DNA from: Verrucomicrobiota bacterium
Lineage (GTDB): Bacteria; Verrucomicrobiota; Verrucomicrobiia; Limisphaerales; CANJXF01
Length of the DNA: 64,000 nucleotides
Direction of reading: 5' to 3'
Assembly: GCA_038214755.1 (NCBI GenBank)
Contig: JBBQRQ010000005.1
Coordinates: forward strand, 35,868 to 99,867
In this document: positions 47,720 to 59,367 of the stretch, piece after piece
How the letters are laid out: each line of letters begins with the position of its first letter
Numbering within the stretch: position 1 is the first letter of the stretch
The notes under the pieces: model-generated
Database searches by the model: none
Told to the model about the DNA's origin: nothing
What the model saw: the letters and a program-made list of their open reading frames with translations, nothing else
Position numbers and translations under genes: made by a program

Positions 47720-48406
47720 TCAGGAGGAAATCGTTTGTGGCTTGCGGAAAAAAATGGATTGTGCCGCGCGTGATTTCGCGGCGCGTTGCACGGCAATTCC
47801 CATCACTGCGCCAAAAATGAAATGAGCCGCCATCGTTACCAGCACGAAAATCAACGAGAGCGGGATTAAAAAATAGGAAGGATAGGGCGTGAGCAACATT
47901 CCCAATTCCAAACCGAGCGCCATCAGAACGCCCCAGGCCCAGGTTCGGCGCGGATTGCAGGTCACGATCGCCCCGTACATCACTCCAAAACTGAGGCCAT
48001 TGCTGAAATGATAAATCCATCCCACGACGTGTGCGGCGAGCGAATAGCCCGCTTGTTCGATGGGTTGCCCAAGAATCATCGCGCCGAAGCGCGGAAAAAC
48101 TTTGAACAGATTCAGCGCGGGAATGAACGGAGCAAGGCCTAGTGATTTGGAGAAAACGAAGGGCAATCGAAAAATGTCATAGGCCACGACCGCGATGAAC
48201 CCCGCCCAAATCCCGAGCATGACGCCGCGCCACAATTCTTTGTTCCCCCAAGCGCGATCCGCCAACGCCAATCCGAACAGCGCCATCAGTGCGGGAAGAA
48301 AAATCCAGAGCGTGAATGTCCGCATGGGACAAAGGTCGTAAAACTCAAAGAGCAGGCACGCGAAGCGGCCAATAGAAAAACAACCAATCGCCCTTCCGTC
48401 GTCCAA
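47720..48406 (-). CDS. Hypothetical membrane protein; 5' end possibly frameshifted
   Basis: YDIFRLP, GWIYHFSNG, AHFIFG; several TM helices. Confidence 0.6.
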   Translation of the reverse strand: MDDGRAIGCFSIGRFACLLFEFYDLCPMRTFTLWIFLPALMALFGLALADRAWGNKELWRGVMLGIWAGFIAVVAYDIFRLPFVFSKSLGLAPFIPALNLFKVFPRFGAMILGQPIEQAGYSLAAHVVGWIYHFSNGLSFGVMYGAIVTCNPRRTWAWGVLMALGLELGMLLTPYPSYFLIPLSLIFVLVTMAAHFIFGAVMGIAVQRAAKSRAAQSIFFRKPQTISS

Positions 48407-48537
48407 AAATTCCGCTCATGGTGAAAGGCCATCCGCTTCAGAGAAAATCACGAACAGGCGTTGAAACCAAGTCATCGCTGGAACAAAATCTCAGAAAGAT
48501 TGACGGAAAAAAATGTTGCGGCAACAGTCATCCGGCC

Positions 48538-49119
48538 ATGACGACGGCAAACAAAATCACCATTGTTCGGATTTTGCTCGTGCCTTTTTTTATCGTGCAG
48601 TTGCTTTACTACTTTCGCAACGGCGAGGAGTGGAATCGTCTTGCGGCATTGCTCGCCTTCGCCCTCGCCGCATTTGCCGATGGCGTGGACGGCTACATCG
48701 CCCGACACTACAACCAGAAAAGCGAACTCGGCGCGATCCTCGATCCGCTGGCCGATAAATTGTTGCTCACCTCTGGAATTATTTTGCTCAGTCTGGATTC
48801 AAAGGGTCACCTCGAGCGCATTCCACTTTGGCTGACCGTCACGTTGATCAGTCGCGACGCGATTCTATCTATCGGCGCGTTGGTGATTCACTATACGTTC
48901 GGCAAAATCGTGGTGCGCCCGCGATTTTTGGGGAAACTTTCCACGGTCTGCCAAATGGGAATCGTCCTCTGGATTCTTTTGCAGTGGACAAATCGCGCGC
49001 TAGCTTTTTGGATTTTCAGCGCGGCGATTCTTACTACGCTGTCGGGCATAATTTATATTTTCGATGGGATGCGACACCTCAACGCCAGTCCCACCAGCGC
49101 CGCGATCAAAGATCAATAA
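48538..49119 (+). CDS. pgsA: CDP-alcohol phosphatidyltransferase (PgsA-like)
   Basis: ANKITIVR, DGVDGYIAR...GAILDPLADK. Confidence 0.88.
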   Translation: MTTANKITIVRILLVPFFIVQLLYYFRNGEEWNRLAALLAFALAAFADGVDGYIARHYNQKSELGAILDPLADKLLLTSGIILLSLDSKGHLERIPLWLTVTLISRDAILSIGALVIHYTFGKIVVRPRFLGKLSTVCQMGIVLWILLQWTNRALAFWIFSAAILTTLSGIIYIFDGMRHLNASPTSAAIKDQ

Positions 49120-49145
49120 TGTTGTTTCACATTTTAAATTTTTTT

Positions 49146-49619
49146 ATGCCAACCGAACCGAAACTCACCGTCAAGGAAGGAGACCTCGCGCCGTCGTTCA
49201 CTGCTCATGCAACCGGCGGCGGCAAAGTTTCTCTGGCCGATTTCCAAGGGCAAAATGTGATCCTCTATTTTTATCCGAAAGACGACACGCCGGGTTGCAC
49301 GAAGGAAGCGTGTAGTTTCCGCGATCACTTTGCCGAATTAAAAAAGCGCGGGGCAGTGGTTTTGGGCGTGAGCACCGACGTTGTTAAATCGCACGACAAG
49401 TTTACAGAGAAATTTAAATTGCCATTCCCGTTGCTGGCGGATGAGGACAAAAAAATCGTGCAAGCCTACGGAGTTTGGGGCGAGAAAACTTTCATGGGCC
49501 GCAAATATACGGGCACGCATCGCGTCACGTTTTTGATCGGGCCGGACGGAAAGATCAAAAAGATTTGGCCGAAAGTGAAACCCGAAGAACATGTGGCAGA
49601 AGTTTTGGCCGCGCTGTAG
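49146..49619 (+). CDS. bcp: Peroxiredoxin BCP/PrxQ
   Basis: YFYPKDDTPGCTKEACSF. Confidence 0.95.
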   Translation: MPTEPKLTVKEGDLAPSFTAHATGGGKVSLADFQGQNVILYFYPKDDTPGCTKEACSFRDHFAELKKRGAVVLGVSTDVVKSHDKFTEKFKLPFPLLADEDKKIVQAYGVWGEKTFMGRKYTGTHRVTFLIGPDGKIKKIWPKVKPEEHVAEVLAAL

Positions 49620-49760
49620 GCAAATCGTTTGACAACGCTACCTGACGGGGCACCTGAACGCGACGCCCTGCGATTTGGAATTGGCGTATAAAGAATGGCT
49701 CTTTTAAAAAATAGAAATTCCGTCACATGAATTTTCTTTTTTGTGAGTCGTCGGATTACC

Positions 49761-49778
49761 TTGTGAAAAGTTTCACGA
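49761..49778. promoter_or_regulatory. Rex-like operator
   Basis: TTGTGAA-aagt-TTCACGA, 13/14 to TTGTGAA-N4-TTCACAA, just upstream of a ttgaag..tagttt promoter-like pair. Confidence 0.55.
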
Positions 49779-49849
49779 AATCAACTTGAAGTTCTTATCG
49801 CCAATGCTAGTTTCCGAAACGTTTCTGAAATAAAAAATTACTCTATAAA

Positions 49850-50557
49850 ATGAAAAACCCGATTTGCTTTATCACACTTTTTACTCTGGCTGCGGCGCTT
49901 CATTCCGCGTCCGCTGGAGACATCACTGGCACGGTCACATTGAAAGGCACGCCGCCGCCGGAAAAAGATCTTCCGCTCAATCCGGAATGCGGCGCACTCC
50001 ATAAAACGACGGCCAAAACGCGTTTCTACGTCGTCAATGAGAAAGGTCAATTGGCCGATGTCGTGGTCGTGCTCAAGGGCGCGCCGGCTAAATCTTCCGG
50101 CGCCGCGGCGCAGCCCGCTTTGCTCGATCAAGTCGGATGTGAATACAGTCCTTATGTGATGGCAGTGCAGACTGGCCAAAAAATTGAAGTCAGAAATTCC
50201 GACCCTTTCATGCACAACGTTCACGTGCTGCCTGCCGTCTCTGGAAACACCGAGGCCAACAAAGCGCAAATGCCGAAGTCGCCCGAACTGGCATTTACTT
50301 TCAATAATCCGGAGCAGTTCCTCAAATTTAAATGCGACGTGCATCCCTGGATGTTTTCTTACGTGAGCGTTTTCGATCATCCCTATTTCGCAGTGACCAA
50401 AGCCGATGGCAGTTACAAAATCGCGGATGTTCCGCCGGGCAAATACACTTTGGAAGTTTATCATCGCAAAGCCGCGCCCACTGGTTCGCCCGTGACGAAA
50501 GAAATCGAAGTGAAAGATCAAGGAGCGGCGGCGGATTTTGTTCTGGAAGTAAAATAA
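49850..50557 (+). CDS. Secreted cupredoxin-like / carboxypeptidase-regulatory-like domain protein
   Basis: DQVGCEY, HNVH, CDVHPWM, PPGKYTL. Confidence 0.8.
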   Translation: MKNPICFITLFTLAAALHSASAGDITGTVTLKGTPPPEKDLPLNPECGALHKTTAKTRFYVVNEKGQLADVVVVLKGAPAKSSGAAAQPALLDQVGCEYSPYVMAVQTGQKIEVRNSDPFMHNVHVLPAVSGNTEANKAQMPKSPELAFTFNNPEQFLKFKCDVHPWMFSYVSVFDHPYFAVTKADGSYKIADVPPGKYTLEVYHRKAAPTGSPVTKEIEVKDQGAAADFVLEVK

Positions 50558-50617
50558 GTTTTGGCAGTTTCGCAAACCGCTGGGGCGAATTCGCCGCAGC
50601 GGTTTTCGTTTTTAAAC

Positions 50618-51676
50618 ATGTCTCGGTCAACCGACAATCAATGGCTTCATCGCTTCGCTTTTTTCACGGCGATTTGCACGCTGCTGTTGATTGGTCTCGG
50701 GGGGTTGGTGACCAGTCACGGAGTCGGGATGTCCGTGCCGGATTGGCCGACGACGTATGGCTACAACATGTTTCTCTTTCCAATTTCAAAATGGGTCGGC
50801 GGAATTTTTTACGAACACACCCATCGTCTTTTCGCTTCCTTCGTCGGATTTCTTACCACGATTCTTGCGGTTTGGATTTGGTTGAAAGAGTCTCGAAAAT
50901 CTTTGCGATGGCTGGGAGTCATCGCTTTTTTTACGGTCGTTTTGCAGGGCGTGCTGGGTGGACTCCGCGTTGTTCTCTTCAAAGATCAAATCGGGATTTT
51001 CCACGCGGCGCTGGCGCAAATTTTTTTAATTCTCGTCAGCGTCATTGCTCTTTTTACGAGCCGCTGGTGGCAACACTTTGCGAACTCGGAAAAAAACTTT
51101 CTCAGCGACGCGCTTGGAAGATTCGCCGCAGTCGCGACGTTTTTGGTTTTTTTCCAATTGCTTTTTGGCGCGACGATGCGGCATCAACACGCCGGTCTTG
51201 CCGTCCCGGATTTTCCACTCGCCTATGGAAAAATTTGGCCGCCCACCGACGCGCCATTCATTCAAGCCATCAATCAAAGGCGGTTCGATGTAACGGATCC
51301 AAATCCGATCACCGCGTTTCACATCGTCATTCACATGCTCCATCGCATCACCGCTTTTTTAATTTTGGGTAGCGTCGGTTTTCTCGCGGTTAAGTTTCGG
51401 CAAGCCCTGGGAACAAAAGCTCTCTTGTCCCGCCTCTCGTTGATTTGGTTTGGAATGATTGTCGCCCAAGTTTTTTTGGGAATTGTGACGGTGTTAAAAA
51501 ATAAACCGGCGGACATCGCCACCGCGCACGTGGTTCTGGGCGCGGCCAGTCTGGCGATGGGCGCGATGATTGCGATTATTGCAAAAGAAATTTCCGTTGA
51601 AGGAAAAAATTCCATGCGGCACCGTGAATTGACATCGGCCGCTTTCGGCAATCCTAAAGTCGCGTTGAATAAATAA
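50618..51676 (+). CDS. ctaA: Heme A synthase (COX15/CtaA)
   Basis: GMSVPDWP, EHTHR, QGVLGG, HMLHR, ATAH. Confidence 0.9.
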   Translation: MSRSTDNQWLHRFAFFTAICTLLLIGLGGLVTSHGVGMSVPDWPTTYGYNMFLFPISKWVGGIFYEHTHRLFASFVGFLTTILAVWIWLKESRKSLRWLGVIAFFTVVLQGVLGGLRVVLFKDQIGIFHAALAQIFLILVSVIALFTSRWWQHFANSEKNFLSDALGRFAAVATFLVFFQLLFGATMRHQHAGLAVPDFPLAYGKIWPPTDAPFIQAINQRRFDVTDPNPITAFHIVIHMLHRITAFLILGSVGFLAVKFRQALGTKALLSRLSLIWFGMIVAQVFLGIVTVLKNKPADIATAHVVLGAASLAMGAMIAIIAKEISVEGKNSMRHRELTSAAFGNPKVALNK

Positions 51677-52597
51677 ATGAAAGCCATTCTGCAACCGTTG
51701 AGCGCGCCGCCCATCGCGGAGAAAATCCCCGCTGAGAAAACTCAGTTCGCGATTTTTTCCGAATTGATCAAGCTGCGTTTGACCAGTCTCGTGCTGCTCA
51801 CGACGGCGGTCGGCGTTTACCTCGGTGTTCGCGGCGCGATGGATTGGACGCTTTTGTTTCACACACTTTTGGGAACGGCGTTGGTGGCGAGTGGCGCTGC
51901 GGCGCTCAACCAACTCATCGAACGCGATCACGACGCGAAGATGCAGCGCACCGAAGACCGGCCTTTGCCCTCGGGTCGTTTGCAGCCGGAGACCGTTTTA
52001 ATTTTCGGCGGAATCATTTCCAGCGTCGGCCTTGGCTATCTCGCGTGGAAAGTTAATTTGCTGACCAGCCTTCTCGGCATTGTCACGCTGGCCAGCTATC
52101 TGTTTGTTTATACGCCACTGAAACGCATCACTTCGCTCAACACCGTCATCGGTGCCATTCCCGGCGCGCTGCCGCCGCTCATGGGTTGGACGGCCGCGCG
52201 AAATGAAATCAACATTGAAGGCTGGTCGCTCTTCGCGATTTTATTTTTTTGGCAACTGCCACACTTCCTGGCCATCGCCTGGATGTATCGCGAGGATTAT
52301 CAACGCGGCGGATTTGTGATGCTGCCGGTGATTGATCCCGATGGAATTCGCACCGGCCAACAAGCCGTCTGTCACACGCTGGGATTATTGTTCGTGAGCC
52401 TGTTTCCGGTGGCGCTCGGAATGGCCGGTTGGTTTTATTTTGCCGGGGCAACTTTATTTGGCGGAATATTTTTAGCGGCGGCCATTCGATTTTCACGAGA
52501 GTTGACGAGGTCTCATGCGCGCCAGCTTTTTTTCGCGTCGATTATTTATTTGCCGCTTTTGTTGGGGTTAATGGTGTTCGACAAAATTAAAATTTAG
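51677..52597 (+). CDS. ctaB: Protoheme IX farnesyltransferase
   Basis: ERDHDAKMQRT..RP, YTPLKR, GALPPLMGW, WQLPHF. Confidence 0.95.
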   Translation: MKAILQPLSAPPIAEKIPAEKTQFAIFSELIKLRLTSLVLLTTAVGVYLGVRGAMDWTLLFHTLLGTALVASGAAALNQLIERDHDAKMQRTEDRPLPSGRLQPETVLIFGGIISSVGLGYLAWKVNLLTSLLGIVTLASYLFVYTPLKRITSLNTVIGAIPGALPPLMGWTAARNEINIEGWSLFAILFFWQLPHFLAIAWMYREDYQRGGFVMLPVIDPDGIRTGQQAVCHTLGLLFVSLFPVALGMAGWFYFAGATLFGGIFLAAAIRFSRELTRSHARQLFFASIIYLPLLLGLMVFDKIKI

Positions 52598-52714
52598 TTT
52601 GAGAGAACGCGCATCCTTTTTGATGCTGTCGTGGGCGAGAGCAATAAAAGGAATTAACAAATCCTAAACATGCCGTTCATCGAATTGGATTTCGTAGCGG
52701 AGGTGACACGAATT

Positions 52715-52815
52715 TGATTCAACCTTTTCAAGGTTGATGATTTCTTGGGACGCAACCCAGGGTAGCTCGTGCCTCGCAACCTTGGGCTAAGTGATGTAAT
52801 CCCTTTGGGATTGAA
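52715..52815. repeat. Single unit of GAGGCACGAGCTACCCTGGG palindromic family
   Basis: cccagggtagctcgtgcctcgcaa identical to the unit near 8327. Confidence 0.8.
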
Positions 52816-52919
52816 AAACTGGCCGTCAATTTTTGATAACGAGAAGGCCGGAGGCATATGCTCTCGGCCATCGACACGTTGCGCGGACAAATTATTTCCA
52901 AGCTTCATCCGTCCGCCAC

Positions 52920-55900
52920 TTATTCAACGGGCTTCACGCGGTAAAATCGTTGCTCTGAATTTTCGCCCGCGGTGTCGATGTATTGGAGCGCGCCATCGTT
53001 GTTCAGCAATTCTTCGAGCGGGGTCCAATCAAGAAAGTTCGGACTGGTCTCTATCGTGTAACAAACACCCGGCGCGCCTTGGAATGTCATCAGCCGTTCT
53101 CCCGTCGAGAGCACGCTGATCGACTGCAATCTCGGCGGCTCGGTCACGGTCGCAGGAGTGTAACGGGTGGAACGTTGGCCGGTGATTGGCACGTTGATTC
53201 CGTTGAACGAAGCGACGCCGTAAAAATACGCCGTCCTCGTGGTCAAGTTTGTTCGAGGTATAACTTGGTAGGTGATCGTCCGAACTGCGTTGTCCGAAAA
53301 AAGTCCCCAACGGATTTTGTGCGTCACCGGACAAAAGGTTCCACCATCGCTGACGTTGGTAACGGCCCAACCTTCCGGCGGGCGATCTTCCAGCGCGTAA
53401 GCCAGCGTGTTGCTCCCTGGTGTCACGGCAATGGTTACGGTAAACGGCACGCCTGGAAAATAATTTGTGGGCAAGTCGCTGAGGGCTGATCCCGCTCCAT
53501 TTGTGCTCCAGGGAGGCTCGCCCGGCCCAGTGTTGCTGCCGTTGAGAGGCACCCAAAGCAGCGGCGGAAATGGCGTAGGATAGCGACTGCTCAAGGTATA
53601 GCTTCCCCCGCTGCCAAAGAGATAGCCCGCGCGCGTGACGTAACTGATGGGAATCGGGTTGGGCGAAATAGGCCAGCGCTCACACCGGCTCCATGCCGCG
53701 ACGTAACTGGCTAATTCATTTTCGCTGACGACAAAGTTGGTCGGATTATTGTCAGCAGGATGGGATGGCGCTTGACGAATGGAACTGACTCCTCCAATCG
53801 GGGTTGTGATCCCATTGGCGAGGGCGGTCCCGACGAAATGTTTTTCTCCAGTCTCATTCGATGGCGGTGTGGCTTCATAGGTCAGAGTTCGCGAAAGCCC
53901 ATCGTTGAATGGACCGAAACTCACTTGGCCCGCTGCAGTGGACGAACCTCCTCCACTGATTGCGCCGACAACCCAATTTATCGGTGGCGTATCGAGGACC
54001 GAGTAGGAAGTGGTGCCCACAGGTGGTTCCGCGCGGAGGCTGACAATCAGCTTGACCCCCGGCACATACCACAACGGCAACTGGCGTTTGACGAAAGCGA
54101 TTTCGTTCGGCGAACGAACGGTAATGTGAACAGGAGAAGCAAAAACAAAGGCGCCATCATTGTCGGTTGCTTTCGCGGTCAAGGTATAAAAACCCGCCGT
54201 GACGTTCGTCCATAAAAATTCGTAAGGCGCATTGGTATCTGTGCCCAACAGATGATCTCCGGCAAAAAAATCCACGCGCACCACTTGGCCATTGGGGTCA
54301 GACGCTTCCGCCGTGATCAAAATATTCGCCGGAGCAATGAAGACAGAGTTGTTCGACGGAGAAGTAAGATGAATGCTCGGCGCAGGGTTGGTCACGTGGT
54401 CGTTATCTTCGATGAACACCGTGGCTTGCCGGACACTGCCCAAGACGTAAGCCGCATTGGTTCGCAGAATTAGCACGACCGTCTCCGTTCCTTCAACCAG
54501 CGTGTCGTCGATGGGAACCACCTCAATACGGGCGGAAGATTCATTCGCTGGGATCGTGACTGAAGTAGCTGTTTTCCCGTAATCCGTTCCGTTCGATGCA
54601 GTCCCTTCAAGCGAATAATTAACCAGGAGCGGCGAGGCCGAAGCTGGTGTGCGTCGGACAACAAAAGTGCCCGGGTTGATTGGGATTTCCGAAAAAGCCG
54701 GCGTCTCAGCCGCGAAAGGATCCGTCGCTTCAACGGTGACGACGGGCAAAACATTTTGTGCGCGGACTGAAATATTTACTGGAGCAGAAGTTGCCATCAG
54801 CCCGGAATTGTCCGTCGCGATCGCAGTCAAAATATGTTCGCCGACCGGAGCATTTGTCCAAATAACATAAAAGGGATTCACGGGCGAACCGGACACGGGA
54901 TTATTGGTAGTAATGCCTAAACTATTTGTGCCCGCGAAAAATTCCACGGTCGCAACGAAGCCGTCGGAATCTTCCGCAGTGGCGTAAATCGGAATATTCG
55001 TCGGAGCAAAGAAGACCATCCCGTTCGTCGGAGAAAGAATACGAACCGACGGAGATGGATTGGGGGCGTGATCGTTATCTTCGATTTTAACGGTTGCCTC
55101 CCGTGCGTCCCCGAGGAGATAAGCCGTGTTCGTTCGTAAACTAAGAACGACCGTTTCGTTGTCTTCCACCAAAGTATCGTCTATCGGGATGACATAGATG
55201 AATGCGGAAGCCGCGTTTGAAGCAATCGTGATTGAGCCGGACAACGTCGTGTAATCCACACCATTTGAAGCCGTGCCGCCAATGGAATAATTGACTACCA
55301 ATGGCTGCGACGAAACGGGGTTGCGCGTAACAGAGAACACACCGGGGTTGATCGGAACGGTTGAGAATGGTGGAGTCTCAGCGGCATTAGGGTCTGTTGC
55401 GACAATGGTCACAGTGGGGGGAGGTGGCGGGTTAGTTCCTGTCACCACGATATTGACAGGCCCCGAAGTTGCCCGCGCTTCCCAATTGTCCATCGCTCGC
55501 GCTGTCAGGACGTAACTTCCCGGCTCTGGATGGCTCCAGATCAAACTATAAACTGCGTTGGAACTTGGCCCCCAAACGGTGCCGATGAGCATTGTCCCGC
55601 GATAAAAATCCACGCGCCGCACTGAGCCATCGCTATCCGATGCTTCCGCTTGCAATAAAATATTGGTCGGGACGGCAAAGATGGAATTGTTCGTGGGATT
55701 AAAAAGTTGGACGCGCGGCGGCAGATTGTCATTGTCGAGAATCGTCACGACCGCACCCAGGTTCGCGCCTGTTCCGTCGATTCGGTAATCCGCATTGGTC
55801 TTGAGAGTAAGCAGAACAGTTTCACTTGGCTCCACCAGCGTGTCATCAATCGGCGTGATGACGAGAGAAACATTGGACGCTCCCACTGGAAATGTCATCG

Positions 55901-56156
55901 AGTCGGGAATCGTCGCGTAATCAACTCCGTTGGACGCGCTGCCTCCAATCGAAAAATTTACCGTCAAAGAATTGCTGACCGCGCCGTAACGCGTGAATAG
56001 AAACGTCCCGTTGTTGCCCGGAGTTTCTGTCGCAACCGAATCGGTCACATGCAGAACCACCACGGGCAATGTGGTTTGAGCGAAAATGCGGTTGCCGGAA
56101 ACCAAGCCGAGGCAAAAAACTAAGGCGAAGAGGAGACAGGAAATTTTTGTTTTCAT
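52920..56156 (-). CDS. Secreted protein with 3x (Calx-beta + bacterial Ig) repeats and C-terminal FYRV domain
   Basis: GTASNGVDY...PIDDTLVE..ETV..DND repeats alternating with A.DSDG...V.F...LTA.A.DN. Confidence 0.88.
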   Translation of the reverse strand: MKTKISCLLFALVFCLGLVSGNRIFAQTTLPVVVLHVTDSVATETPGNNGTFLFTRYGAVSNSLTVNFSIGGSASNGVDYATIPDSMTFPVGASNVSLVITPIDDTLVEPSETVLLTLKTNADYRIDGTGANLGAVVTILDNDNLPPRVQLFNPTNNSIFAVPTNILLQAEASDSDGSVRRVDFYRGTMLIGTVWGPSSNAVYSLIWSHPEPGSYVLTARAMDNWEARATSGPVNIVVTGTNPPPPPTVTIVATDPNAAETPPFSTVPINPGVFSVTRNPVSSQPLVVNYSIGGTASNGVDYTTLSGSITIASNAASAFIYVIPIDDTLVEDNETVVLSLRTNTAYLLGDAREATVKIEDNDHAPNPSPSVRILSPTNGMVFFAPTNIPIYATAEDSDGFVATVEFFAGTNSLGITTNNPVSGSPVNPFYVIWTNAPVGEHILTAIATDNSGLMATSAPVNISVRAQNVLPVVTVEATDPFAAETPAFSEIPINPGTFVVRRTPASASPLLVNYSLEGTASNGTDYGKTATSVTIPANESSARIEVVPIDDTLVEGTETVVLILRTNAAYVLGSVRQATVFIEDNDHVTNPAPSIHLTSPSNNSVFIAPANILITAEASDPNGQVVRVDFFAGDHLLGTDTNAPYEFLWTNVTAGFYTLTAKATDNDGAFVFASPVHITVRSPNEIAFVKRQLPLWYVPGVKLIVSLRAEPPVGTTSYSVLDTPPINWVVGAISGGGSSTAAGQVSFGPFNDGLSRTLTYEATPPSNETGEKHFVGTALANGITTPIGGVSSIRQAPSHPADNNPTNFVVSENELASYVAAWSRCERWPISPNPIPISYVTRAGYLFGSGGSYTLSSRYPTPFPPLLWVPLNGSNTGPGEPPWSTNGAGSALSDLPTNYFPGVPFTVTIAVTPGSNTLAYALEDRPPEGWAVTNVSDGGTFCPVTHKIRWGLFSDNAVRTITYQVIPRTNLTTRTAYFYGVASFNGINVPITGQRSTRYTPATVTEPPRLQSISVLSTGERLMTFQGAPGVCYTIETSPNFLDWTPLEELLNNDGALQYIDTAGENSEQRFYRVKPVE

Positions 56157-56329
56157 AGCAGTGGAACCTTTTTTTAGAGACGTTGGTTTTATATTGAAAA
56201 TCCGGTTCGATGTCAATCTGTACACGGTCCTGGATCATCTGACGCTTCAGTCTTTCGGGACGCCGTGATTCAGCACGGGGCGGGGCAATTTAATCTTCCT
56301 CGCTCTGCAACTAACGCTAAACTCGGCGC

Positions 56330-57070
56330 GTGAAAATTCTCGGCATCATTCCCGCGCGCTTCGGTTCCACTCGCTTTCCGGGAAAACCACTCGCCCTCAT
56401 CGCGGGAAAGCCGCTTATTCAATACGTCGTTGAGCAATGTCAAAAAGCAAAATCGCTTAACGAAGTCATCGTCGCCACCGATGACACCCGGATATTTGAA
56501 GTCGTCCAGGATTTTTGTCGCGTGGAAATGACTTCGCCGGATCATCCCAGCGGCACCGATAGAATTGCTGAGGTTGCCGAGCGAAACCAATGCGATGCCT
56601 TGATTAATATTCAGGGCGACGAACCGTTGATCGATCCCGGCGTAATTGATTCCGTCGCCAACGCGCTGGAGAAAAATGAGATGTCCACTGCCGCAACACC
56701 GATCAAAGAAATTTCCGACTACGAAAACCCAAACGTCGTTAAAGTCGTTGTCGATTTTTCCGGACGCGCACTTTATTTTTCGCGGAGAACGATTCCGTTT
56801 TTGCGCGGTGGCACTGGCCGGTCCGCCGCAGAGCAATTGGCGGCGTTTTCTTTTTTGAAACATCTGGGCATTTACGGTTATCATCGCGAAACGTTGTTGC
56901 GCCTGGTGAAATTTCCAGTCTCGCCTCTGGAAAACGCGGAAAAGCTGGAGCAATTGCGCGCGTTGGAAAATGGGATTCAGATTGCGGTCGTCAAAGTAGA
57001 TTACGACAGCATGGGCGTGGACGCGCCGGAGGATGTGGCGCGAGTGGAAAAATATTTAGATGACCTGTAA
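56330..57070 (+). CDS. kdsB: CMP-KDO synthetase
   Basis: IIPARFGSTRFPGKPL, SGTDR, QGDEP, LEQLRALE. Confidence 0.96.
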   Translation: MKILGIIPARFGSTRFPGKPLALIAGKPLIQYVVEQCQKAKSLNEVIVATDDTRIFEVVQDFCRVEMTSPDHPSGTDRIAEVAERNQCDALINIQGDEPLIDPGVIDSVANALEKNEMSTAATPIKEISDYENPNVVKVVVDFSGRALYFSRRTIPFLRGGTGRSAAEQLAAFSFLKHLGIYGYHRETLLRLVKFPVSPLENAEKLEQLRALENGIQIAVVKVDYDSMGVDAPEDVARVEKYLDDL

Positions 57071-57080
57071 AAACCATTTT

Positions 57081-57323
57081 ATGAAACAGCTAACTTACGA
57101 AATTGTGATCGAGAAAGAAGAAGACCCGAAAGCGGGTTATTCGGTTTATTGCCCCGATCTTCCCGGGTGCTTTTCGAATGGCGGTTCGTTCGCAGAAGCA
57201 AAGAGAAATATGATGGAAGCGATTACGTTGCATTTGGACGTGCTGCGCGATTTGGGCAAACCAATTCCCAAGCCGAAACATCGCATCATCGTGGAAGAAC
57301 TCACGATCTCACAAGCTGCGTGA
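57081..57323 (+). CDS. hicB: HicB family antitoxin (short form)
   Basis: YCPDLPGCFSNG..EA...EAI...IP. Confidence 0.88.
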   Translation: MKQLTYEIVIEKEEDPKAGYSVYCPDLPGCFSNGGSFAEAKRNMMEAITLHLDVLRDLGKPIPKPKHRIIVEELTISQAA

Positions 57324-57547
57324 GTCGTTTTCCAACCATTCGTGCGGTTGAATTGGTAAAGTTCTTGAAAGATCAAGGCTTTGTGCCATTGCGTCAGGCC
57401 GGCAGTCATTTGACTTTTTACAACCGTGAACGTGATGTCGCTGTAACCGTTCCGCTGCACAAAGGCCACGATTTGGGACGTGGGCTGACTTTGCGAATTC
57501 TGAAAGATGCAGGTTTTAACGCCGATGACTTTTTGAGGTGGCGTTGA
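57320..57547 (+). CDS. hicA: HicA family toxin
   Basis: GF..RQAGSH...TVPLH...GL...ILKDAG. Confidence 0.9.
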   Translation: MSRFPTIRAVELVKFLKDQGFVPLRQAGSHLTFYNRERDVAVTVPLHKGHDLGRGLTLRILKDAGFNADDFLRWR

Positions 57548-57552
57548 ACTAA

Positions 57553-59187
<1,635 letters not shown>

Positions 59188-59238
59188 GCGGAAATTTTTT
59201 CAAACTTTTGCAGGGGATCTCCCATCATCACTGAGTCG

Positions 59239-59345
59239 TTGAACGTGATGTGCGCGTGAAAATCTGTGGGGTTCGGGTAGCGCTGCGGAAGACCGCCGTT
59301 CGTATATTGCGCGGCAAAAAGAACAACGAGTCTCGTCATTTTCAA
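59239..59345 (+). ncRNA. Candidate structured RNA, retron msr-msd-like layout
   Basis: Terminal 12-nt arms pairing 11/12 (with GU) enclosing three hairpins; not similar to any REP family in the window. Confidence 0.4.
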
Positions 59346-59367
59346 AAAAGGAGCGGAACCGTCGCCT

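Noticed and set aside
59239..59345. Group II intron 5' end (GTGCG) or DGR template repeat
   Set aside because: Far too short, no domain V/VI, no RT, and no matching variable repeat in the window
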